A stretch of DNA of 64,000 bases from a virus, in IMG/VR virus record IMGVR_UViG_3300028625_000001, positions 32,001 to 96,000 of that record; one strand, 5' to 3'. Both the position numbers and the translations under genes were made by a program. The notes below the pieces were generated by a model. It did no database searches and was not told where the DNA came from. It worked only from the letters and a program-made list of their open reading frames with translations. Shown here piece after piece: positions 57,600 through 64,000 of this stretch. Position 1 is the stretch's first letter. Each line of letters begins with the position of its first letter.

Positions 57600-57966
57600 C
57601 CTCCTTCTTTAGCAATTCAATTAGTCCCATTTCATCAATACTCATGGCTTCTTTATAGTCCAGGATTATCAATCCAAGACCGTATTCTGTAAGCTCTCGC
57701 TTTATCCGGTCTCTTTCTTTCTGGTTAGAAAAATTAATCTTCCTGACCTCTTCAGAATTACCATGGAAGAACGGGACTTCTTCGTAATGCTGGTCTCCCT
57801 GTATCTCAATCGCTACCTTAAAAGTAGGAAGGTAGAGGTCGAAAAACAACCTCTGACCTTCCGTTTTGACAAAGTATTCAGTTTCGATCGCCGTAGAAGG
57901 GAGAGCCTTGGATAGCAGTTTGTAGATACGTCTTTCGGCTTTAGACCTAAATCCCTTCGCTGGCAC
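57574..57966 (-). CDS. restriction-endonuclease-fold (DUF559/Vsr-like) protein
   Basis: FFDLYLPTFKVAIEIQGDQH resembles the D...E-x-Q/K core of PD-(D/E)XK-like DUF559 proteins. GTG start after AAGGAG. Confidence 0.4.
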   Translation of the reverse strand: MPAKGFRSKAERRIYKLLSKALPSTAIETEYFVKTEGQRLFFDLYLPTFKVAIEIQGDQHYEEVPFFHGNSEEVRKINFSNQKERDRIKRELTEYGLGLIILDYKEAMSIDEMGLIELLKKEVARRDSEF

Positions 57967-57969
57967 GAC

Positions 57970-58242
57970 TTACTCCTTGGTGAGCCGTTTCTTTTTCCCC
58001 TGAATCAGTTCCCAGATACCTTCGAGGTATTTCTCGCAAGCTTCCTTGCTTCCCGCGAAAAGGAGCTGTGAATTGACATTTTTCTCGTCGATCTTCGACC
58101 TCCACCACGCAATCACGGTGTGGATTTCTTTTGCCTCTTCTTCAGGGTTCTCCTTGTTTTTAAGCTTCCCTTTGGTAATTTGTAGCCCGTCGAAGTTGGC
58201 AATATTTACCATATTCTTTTGCTGATCTCTGATATAAAACAT
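57970..58242 (-). CDS. hypothetical protein
   Basis: 90-aa ORF. Confidence 0.45.
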   Translation of the reverse strand: MFYIRDQQKNMVNIANFDGLQITKGKLKNKENPEEEAKEIHTVIAWWRSKIDEKNVNSQLLFAGSKEACEKYLEGIWELIQGKKKRLTKE

Positions 58243-58256
58243 GCGTCCTCCTTAAT

Positions 58257-58655
58257 CTAAGTGTTGCGAAGAGCGTTTACGACCGCCCTGAACAAGTGAT
58301 CTTTGACTTTTTCCGTCTCAGGCAAGTCTTTGTATGGGATCAGAGACGGATGTGTTTTCTTATCGATGTTCTTTTCTTCCCCATATGTCCAGCCAGTGCC
58401 TAGTTTGAAATATACCCAATTATCATGAAGTTCCTCCGGCGATATCTCCGGGTAGTTTAATGCCTGCTCCACTCCGACCTTTGTAGAACCGGTTTGCCAG
58501 CTCGGAGCATCTTCCCATGAAGGAACGTCCTCCCCTGTAATAGCCTTGATATAGGCTCTATTGACTTCATGGCAAACCTTTGCTATCTGCTCGATCTTGT
58601 CTAGCCGCTTTTCTTCTTTGGTCTTTTCTCTTACTTGTTCACAAGTCTCGTCCAT
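58257..58655 (-). CDS. RyR-domain-like protein
   Basis: HDNWVYFKLGTGWTYGEEKNIDKKTHPSLIPYKDLPETEKVKD matches the RyR (PF02026) pattern seen in phages. This rests on recall only. Confidence 0.5.
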   Translation of the reverse strand: MDETCEQVREKTKEEKRLDKIEQIAKVCHEVNRAYIKAITGEDVPSWEDAPSWQTGSTKVGVEQALNYPEISPEELHDNWVYFKLGTGWTYGEEKNIDKKTHPSLIPYKDLPETEKVKDHLFRAVVNALRNT

Positions 58656-58665
58656 TTACTGCTCC

Positions 58666-59115
58666 CTATTTGCCTGAGCTACCGAAACCTTTAGTTCCGC
58701 GTTCGGTGTTTTCAATTTTGTCTATCGGTAAGTATTCATCATCTGTCAAGCAGGGGATTACAATAAGCTGTGCGACTTTATCTCCTTTGGAGATGTATAC
58801 GGGCGTGTGCGACGCGTTATAAAGTATTACCCGGACCTCCCCTCTATAATCGGAGTCTATTACCCCTGCCCTAGTGTCAAGTTTCTGTTTTACTGCCAGT
58901 CCGCTTCTTGGTTTTATTAGCCCTACGTACCCGGTAGGAATAGCTAAATACACCTTTGTAGAGATTATTGCCTGGTCAAAAGGAAGTATTTTGTAGCTCA
59001 TCGTGCTATACAGGTCTAGTCCCGCGGCTTCTTCATACGCCCTGCTTGGCTTTATTGCTCCTTCTTCTAGGTATATTTTCAGTTTTGGTCTCTTTCTCCA
59101 ATTCCACAATCTCAT
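58666..59115 (-). CDS. dut: dUTP diphosphatase
   Basis: AAGLDLYS, PRSGLAVK and AGVIDSDYRGEV motifs. ATG 59115 follows GAGGAGG. Confidence 0.85.
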   Translation of the reverse strand: MRLWNWRKRPKLKIYLEEGAIKPSRAYEEAAGLDLYSTMSYKILPFDQAIISTKVYLAIPTGYVGLIKPRSGLAVKQKLDTRAGVIDSDYRGEVRVILYNASHTPVYISKGDKVAQLIVIPCLTDDEYLPIDKIENTERGTKGFGSSGK

Positions 59116-60034
59116 TAACCACCTCCTCTTCCGGGTATTGTTTTTTGACTTCATTCATAAAGGTGTCAACATCGCCATACTTCTCTTTCAAAAGCGAAAC
59201 GAAGCCAAGCTGACCATGGGCTCTATATTCCTCTTCTTCAATCTTGATCGAGTAATAAGAACCTCCCCGCTTAAGAAGGTCTCTGGTACTTATATAATCG
59301 ACGGCAGACAACCAGCGTGAATACGGCCCCGTCCTCGATTTATACAATGCGACCTCAGCACCTTCGGTGTTTAGTCTCGACTTCTTGACTGCGACATTGA
59401 TGTATTTGAAGTCTTTATTTCCCTTAGCTCTGTCTTCCTTCATATATAGGACATGAGAGGAATAGAACTCGATAGCCGCCCCGCCGGGCATATGCTTGCC
59501 GTGATAACCAATATTCTCCCTAAGTTGGTTTATCAACAAGATAATCATTCTTTTCTTGTTGGCTATGGGGGTGAAGCGCTGGAGCATACTGGTTGCTAAC
59601 TTTGCCAGCGAGGCTACCTTATCCCCTTCTTGAAAACTTCTACTAAGTGCGTCCTGGGGAGTCATGGCGGCAACTGAGTCAATTATCAAGATGTAGTAGT
59701 CTTCTAGTAGGATTTTCTTCTGTATCTCATCCAACATTTCTTCGGCTGCGCCTTCGGGAATAAGGATAGAAAAGTCCTTGTTTTTAACCACTCCCAAAGA
59801 CTCCATGTATTGTAAATGTGGGCGGGCTTCGATAGAAACATAAAGAGTCTTTTTGCCTCGTTTCTGTGCTAACGCCGCAAAGTGCACACAAAAACTACTC
59901 TTACCGGATTTGGCTTCTCCAACGATAGTGTTGGAAGAACCTTCTATGAATCCCCCGCCCATTGCATAATCAAGATTAGGGAATCCGGTAGAGACTTTTT
60001 TAATATCTTCGTATTCGTCAAGAGTTATTATCAC
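59033..60034 (-). CDS. RecA-family (Sak4/RadA/KaiC-like) ATPase, probable recombinase
   Basis: Walker A GEAKSGKSSF, Walker B ILIIDSVAAM and RecA-like core length. Confidence 0.7.
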   Translation of the reverse strand: MIITLDEYEDIKKVSTGFPNLDYAMGGGFIEGSSNTIVGEAKSGKSSFCVHFAALAQKRGKKTLYVSIEARPHLQYMESLGVVKNKDFSILIPEGAAEEMLDEIQKKILLEDYYILIIDSVAAMTPQDALSRSFQEGDKVASLAKLATSMLQRFTPIANKKRMIILLINQLRENIGYHGKHMPGGAAIEFYSSHVLYMKEDRAKGNKDFKYINVAVKKSRLNTEGAEVALYKSRTGPYSRWLSAVDYISTRDLLKRGGSYYSIKIEEEEYRAHGQLGFVSLLKEKYGDVDTFMNEVKKQYPEEEVVNEIVELEKETKTENIPRRRSNKAKQGV

Positions 60035-60878
60035 CGTTCCGCCTCCACCAATCCCGTAAATAAGCTATCGCGTCCCACTCGCTATACCCCTTCGATTCCG
60101 TTATTATGTCGATAACATCACGTCCCTTCTTGCGGCAACCTTCGGCAAAACAGATATATAGCCAGCCATCGATGTTGTTGTATATCGCCGCCGAAGGTCG
60201 GGAATCTTCATGAAAGAGACACCTGAATTGCCTCCTCTCAGGAACGTATATCCCGAACTCGCTTTTAATTAGGTCTTGCATATTGATTGTTTTTCTGACT
60301 TTTTCTCTCGTGGATTGCCGGGCCTCTTCTTCGGGGGTCAATTCTTTTTCCGGTTTGGGTTCTCTCTTCCCTAAACCATACACCGAGTCTATATCGACAT
60401 AAGAGTAGGTAAAAGGAGAGGGTTTGCCGCTCTGGTCGAGGAAACAGCTCCATTTTCCCCATCGATGTTTACCAAGGGGGAGTTTAATAAGAGAGCCAAG
60501 AGATCCCGGAGCAATCAAGTTCTGTTTCGGAAATATCTCACAGGAGACTTGTCCCCTGACTGGAGGTCGTAAATGTTCGGGCAGAACATAGTAAAGTGCT
60601 TCACGCCATACAACCGCGGGGAGCGGCCTTTCGGCAAAGAACCAGAGATGAAAACCTCGACGGCCCGAGAACTCTAAAGAAGAAGGCAACCCCAACACAT
60701 CAAATCTTTTCTGGATTATTTTGGCTATTTCAAAAGTCTCCCTTAAGTCTATCTCCGTGTCTATGTCTATAACAGCGCTGGAAGTAAGCTGTTCGTGGAC
60801 CAGATAACAACCGACTGTTTCCAGCCCACGAACATGCCTGAGTAGAACTTCTTTGGTTAAAGGTTCCCTGACGGCCAT
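60018..60878 (-). CDS. AEP-type primase-polymerase fused to a CHC2 zinc finger
   Basis: AVIDIDT (DxD) and GRRGFHLWFF (sGxGxHxW) AEP motifs, plus a C-terminal FRCLFHEDSRPSAAIY DnaG-type CHC2 finger. Confidence 0.65.
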   Translation of the reverse strand: MAVREPLTKEVLLRHVRGLETVGCYLVHEQLTSSAVIDIDTEIDLRETFEIAKIIQKRFDVLGLPSSLEFSGRRGFHLWFFAERPLPAVVWREALYYVLPEHLRPPVRGQVSCEIFPKQNLIAPGSLGSLIKLPLGKHRWGKWSCFLDQSGKPSPFTYSYVDIDSVYGLGKREPKPEKELTPEEEARQSTREKVRKTINMQDLIKSEFGIYVPERRQFRCLFHEDSRPSAAIYNNIDGWLYICFAEGCRKKGRDVIDIITESKGYSEWDAIAYLRDWWRRNGDNNS

Positions 60879-60951
60879 ATAGCCGTGTTCAGGACGCTGA
60901 ATGGCATACGAATCTAGTCTGGGAGAAAGAACTTCTATAAAACGCTGGAAC

Positions 60952-61371
60952 TCAAAAAGGCAGGGTGTCTCCTCCGTCGTCTCCGTCTTCGCCTATATCG
61001 AAGTCGTCTTCAACGCTGGCTTGTGCGGACTCCTGCGATCTATAACCGGAGTTATATCCTCCGCCACCAGACCTTGGTTTCTCCGCAGGCGACTCGCCAC
61101 TGACTCTAGGGTTAACCCCTAGGACATCTATTTCATCGACGAAGTGAGTGATTTGTCCGTTCTTGCTGGGACCTGGTTCGTCATAACTCCTGATCGATAC
61201 GACATATCCAACTTTCAATTTTAGTTTGGGGTTCATCTGGATAACGTTGATCGATTTTGCGACACCTTTGCGGTTCTTCGCCTCAAGAGTTATCAAGGCC
61301 ATAGGTGTCCCATTCTTCGATTTTGCGGATCTTACGTTGGTTATTACCCCTGAATATTCATTTAGTATCAA
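60952..61371 (-). CDS. ssb: single-stranded DNA-binding protein
   Basis: OB-fold-length N-terminus, Gly-rich linker and an acidic tail ending DDGGDTLPF. Confidence 0.75.
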   Translation of the reverse strand: MILNEYSGVITNVRSAKSKNGTPMALITLEAKNRKGVAKSINVIQMNPKLKLKVGYVVSIRSYDEPGPSKNGQITHFVDEIDVLGVNPRVSGESPAEKPRSGGGGYNSGYRSQESAQASVEDDFDIGEDGDDGGDTLPF

Positions 61372-61383
61372 GGTATTGCCTCC

Positions 61384-62604
61384 TTAGACGTTAATAGTGT
61401 CCGTTCTAGCGAGGTCTTCGTCGGCCTCGACAATTGTAAAGGTGGGAAGGTTCAGCTCAAAATCTAACAGTCCGGTTCCTCCGCCCCTGTTTTTCGCTAC
61501 TATGAGTTCGAGAGGTACTATTTCCTCTTCTGTCAGTCTCATAGATTCAAAGTCGAAGTAATCATCTCTGTGTAAGAGAAATATCATGTAGGCCGCTTGT
61601 TCAATCGCGCCGGACTCTCTCAGGTCCGACATCTTGGGTCTTTTGTCCGTTCGTTTTGAGTAATCCCTGTTGAGTTGGGATATAAGTATCATGGGAACAT
61701 CAAAGTCTTTGGCTATGGCCTTCAAGCCATAGGTTATTCTCCCGATTCGCAACGCTTCAGATTCATTCTTTTTGGCCGGGTCGTTCATAAGTTGGAGGTA
61801 GTCTACTATGACTAAACCTGGTTTCTGTTTTCGGCAAAAGCTCGATAGCCTTGCTCGCACTTGCCCGACCGTAAGCTGAGAGGAGTCATCGCAGTATATA
61901 TTTCTAATACACGTCTTATAAAGACGGTCAATATCCTCTTTTTTCAGCCGGTGGGCTTTAATTTCCCGATGGGGTATGCCCGACCTAATACTTAGAGTTC
62001 TTTCAAATAGTTCCCTTTTTGTCATCTCGATGCTAAAAAATAGCACCGGCTTTTGTGAACGGATCGCAACGTTAAGTCCAAATGTAGTTTTTCCTAGTCC
62101 TGGAGCGGCTGCTACAATTATCAGTTGTCCTCTTGGCATACCTAATGTGAATTTATCAAGAAGGTCATAACCAAAAGGTAAAGTTTCAATAAGTTGGGGG
62201 ACCGCATACTCGTCAAGGATTTTTTCTTTGAGATCTTCGAGGTTGACCACTTCTTCAGTTCTTTCCTGAAGTATCTGGTCTATGTAAGACTGAACCGATG
62301 TCAGGTCGTCCACTTCGTCTATGTATTCCCGGAGCTTTTGTCGATGAAAGTCTTGTCTGAACTCACCGACCAACCAGGAAAAGTCAACAGGCCCGTATTG
62401 TTCGTTTAGGGGTTCTTCCAACCACTTAACGGTAATCTTCTCTTTGACCTTATTTCTGACTTGTTCGAGTGTTGACGACGTGGATATCGCCTCGGGGAAC
62501 TCATGGTATATTCCAAGCGATTGCGGCGGCAGGGACAACAGACTTGTCAGATCAATCTTGTTGCGGTATTGCCATGCCAGTTTTAAGAGTTCAACAGCGT
62601 TCAT
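61384..62604 (-). CDS. dnaB: DnaB-family replicative helicase
   Basis: AAAPGLGKTTF (Walker A), LVIVDYLQLM (Walker B), ISQLNRD and ESGAIEQAAYMIFLLHRDDY. ATG 62604 follows AGGAGG. The longer ORF-track start is rejected. Confidence 0.85.
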   Translation of the reverse strand: MNAVELLKLAWQYRNKIDLTSLLSLPPQSLGIYHEFPEAISTSSTLEQVRNKVKEKITVKWLEEPLNEQYGPVDFSWLVGEFRQDFHRQKLREYIDEVDDLTSVQSYIDQILQERTEEVVNLEDLKEKILDEYAVPQLIETLPFGYDLLDKFTLGMPRGQLIIVAAAPGLGKTTFGLNVAIRSQKPVLFFSIEMTKRELFERTLSIRSGIPHREIKAHRLKKEDIDRLYKTCIRNIYCDDSSQLTVGQVRARLSSFCRKQKPGLVIVDYLQLMNDPAKKNESEALRIGRITYGLKAIAKDFDVPMILISQLNRDYSKRTDKRPKMSDLRESGAIEQAAYMIFLLHRDDYFDFESMRLTEEEIVPLELIVAKNRGGGTGLLDFELNLPTFTIVEADEDLARTDTINV

Positions 62605-62902
62605 TAAGCCTCCTGAATTGGAGCTGTGTCTTCTTCTTGAGAAATTCTCTTTGCCTTTTAGCCGTCTCTTGGATCTCAAGTTGTTCTTTCGCTTCCTGAA
62701 TAAGGCTGATGAAGAGCCCGCGGAGTCCTTCAGGGGGATAGAGTCTCGCAACCCTTTCCAGAGTCATCAAAGCCCGTCTTACCGGCGCTTCTCCGTGTTC
62801 ATTCAAGAGCTTGCCGACAAAACCGTAATCGGCCCTGGCGTTTTGCCAACCATCGACTGTCCTCAACATTTCAACAAGCTTGGCTATGAGTTCTTTGCTC
62901 AA
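62591..62902 (-). CDS. hypothetical protein (a helicase-loader role is suggested by position only)
   Basis: 103-aa ORF directly upstream of dnaB, overlapping it by 14 nt. Confidence 0.45.
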   Translation of the reverse strand: MSKELIAKLVEMLRTVDGWQNARADYGFVGKLLNEHGEAPVRRALMTLERVARLYPPEGLRGLFISLIQEAKEQLEIQETAKRQREFLKKKTQLQFRRLNERC

Positions 62903-63210
62903 GAGTTCTCCTTCCCGAGCTCGATCTCGATGTCAATATCGACTTGTTCAGGGAGCTTGCGCCGATTGCTGGCAGTTGCATAACTCTTTTTCGGATGAAT
63001 CTCCCGTAACTCCTTCGGCAAATACCATGTCACCCGACCATTGCGAACCTTGAACGCTCCGAGGTACGGCACAGAAACCGTATTACCCGTCTTGACCAGA
63101 AACGATATGTCTTTGAAGGTTGCATAGAGAACTTCCCGGACTTTCTCCGCCGCCACCCCCGAAAGAATAGCTATCCGGTCCACATAATTCACAAAGGACG
63201 AATTTCTCAA
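62899..63210 (-). CDS. HU/IHF-like DNA-binding protein
   Basis: The spacing of VDRIAILSGVAAEKVREVL...FLVKTGNTVSVPYLGAFKV resembles the bacterial HU/IHF fold. Confidence 0.5.
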   Translation of the reverse strand: MRNSSFVNYVDRIAILSGVAAEKVREVLYATFKDISFLVKTGNTVSVPYLGAFKVRNGRVTWYLPKELREIHPKKSYATASNRRKLPEQVDIDIEIELGKENS

Positions 63211-63259
63211 ATGTGCACCGCCTATTCGAATGTCAATGACCTCGCATCGCTACAAACCC

Positions 63260-63288
63260 ATCATAGCATGGAGGTCTAAATCTGTCAA
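63260..63288 (-). promoter_or_regulatory. sigma70-type promoter for the leftward replication operon
   Basis: The minus strand reads TTGACA, 17 nt, then TATGAT, with the -10 about 50 nt upstream of the HU-like start codon. Confidence 0.5.
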
Positions 63289-63391
63289 GTCATATGTCAA
63301 AAATTCTTTTGTGCCTTTGTTTGTGCGGGTTGTATGCAATTCTGTCAAATAATCTTTTCTGAGAAGTCAAAAGTGATTTTTGCGATGGATA

Positions 63392-63533
63392 ATTATCAGT
63401 TCGACCACAGTACCCTCAAATTCGCAAAATTTTGCCCCGCCATTGCATTTATACCCCCTAACCCATAACTTCTTACCCCCTTAAGTCAAAAATGCAAATA
63501 CGAGGCATTTAATTGCGAAATAAAGGGTATTGA
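63392..63533 (+). repeat. direct repeat copy A (about 142 bp) in the non-coding control region
   Basis: Starts ATTATCAGTTCGAC and aligns with copy B along its length with substitutions (…TTGCCCCG…TTGCA…TACCCCC…AAAAATGCAAA…GAGGCATT…TTGCGAA…). Confidence 0.7.
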
Positions 63534-63592
63534 TGTTTTTGTTGGTTTTTGCCTATGGCAGGTGGTCAAAAAAGTCAAATGTCTTCAAGTCG

Positions 63593-63734
63593 ATTATCAG
63601 TTTCGGCAAGATACCCCCTAATTCGTGAAATATTGCCCCGTATTTGCAAGTTTACCCCCGAACCCTAGTATTTCTACCCCCGGAGGTAAAAAATGCAAAA
63701 TTGAGGCATTATTTTGCGAATTTCAAGGTATCGG
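63593..63734 (+). repeat. direct repeat copy B (about 142 bp)
   Basis: Starts ATTATCAGTTTCGG, offset 201 bp from copy A. It contains TTGCAA, 16 nt, then TAGTAT, a promoter-like element. Confidence 0.7.
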
Positions 63735-63781
63735 CTTTTTCGGCCCGGGTCGCTCGCGCGTTTTTCTTCCCCGTCAAAAGG

Positions 63782-63862
63782 TTTCTTCCCCTCCTCCCTC
63801 CCTCCCTTCTCCTTTCCCCCACACCCCCTTTTCTTTGTCTTCTCTCCTACTGTCCTAACTTC
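63782..63862 (+). repeat. polypyrimidine (CT-rich) tract of about 80 nt
   Basis: TTTCTTCCCCTCCTCCCTCCCTCCCTTCTCCTTTCCCCCACACCCCCTTTTCTTTGTCTTCTCTCC... with almost no purines on the plus strand. Confidence 0.75.
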
Positions 63863-64000
63863 CAAAAGTCAAAAAAGACAGTCAGTTCAAATAGTCGATA
63901 GTCAAGTGTAAGTGGGGATATGTTTTCCCCCGAAGGGGTTTTTTTGCCTCTTAGTCTATTCTTGCCTTTACTTGGTTTCATTTTCTCTACCTGTCATTGC

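Noticed and set aside
63625-63911. Four overlapping 63-85-aa ORFs on both strands
   Set aside because: They run through the polypyrimidine tract and direct repeat B. Their translations are low-complexity (Pro/Ser/Leu or Gly/Lys/Glu), and they lack an RBS and coherent frame conservation between the repeat copies.
1-64000. Stop-codon recoding (alternative genetic code), as reported for some huge phages, prompted by the odd tRNAs
   Set aside because: ORFs of 10.6 kb and 13.5 kb, and all conserved enzymes, are uninterrupted under the standard code. No clear suppressor anticodon (CTA/TCA/TTA) could be folded.

Overview
This window looks like part of a large tailed-phage genome (about 42% GC by eye, strong GGAGG-type RBSs, standard genetic code). 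Positions 1-50.7 kb are a plus-strand virion and tail module. It contains a 3538-aa tape-measure protein, a 1032-aa tail protein and a 4521-aa repeat-rich fibre. Between about 3.6 and 13.3 kb this module is interrupted by an accessory island. The island carries a tmRNA, about 11 tRNA or tRNA-like genes (several non-canonical, three with large internal insertions), thymidylate kinase, a lipoprotein and an OMP-like protein. It also carries a GC-richer insertion encoding an IscB (OMEGA-type RNA-guided nuclease) with a structured upstream RNA region. At 44.7-47.6 kb there is a complete diversity-generating retroelement: a C-type-lectin/FGE-fold target gene with a C-terminal VR, Avd, a TR with adenine-specific mismatches, and an RT. 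Positions 50.8-63.2 kb are a minus-strand replication and nucleotide-metabolism module: NrdG/NrdD, a Cas4-like nuclease, a lytic transglycosylase, dUTPase, a RecA-like ATPase, an AEP primase, SSB, DnaB and an HU-like protein. Positions 63.2-64.0 kb are non-coding, with a consensus leftward promoter, two 142-bp direct repeats, AGTCAAAA iterons and a polypyrimidine tract, which suggests an origin or control region. All calls rest on motif reading and hand folding. No database search or covariance model was run.
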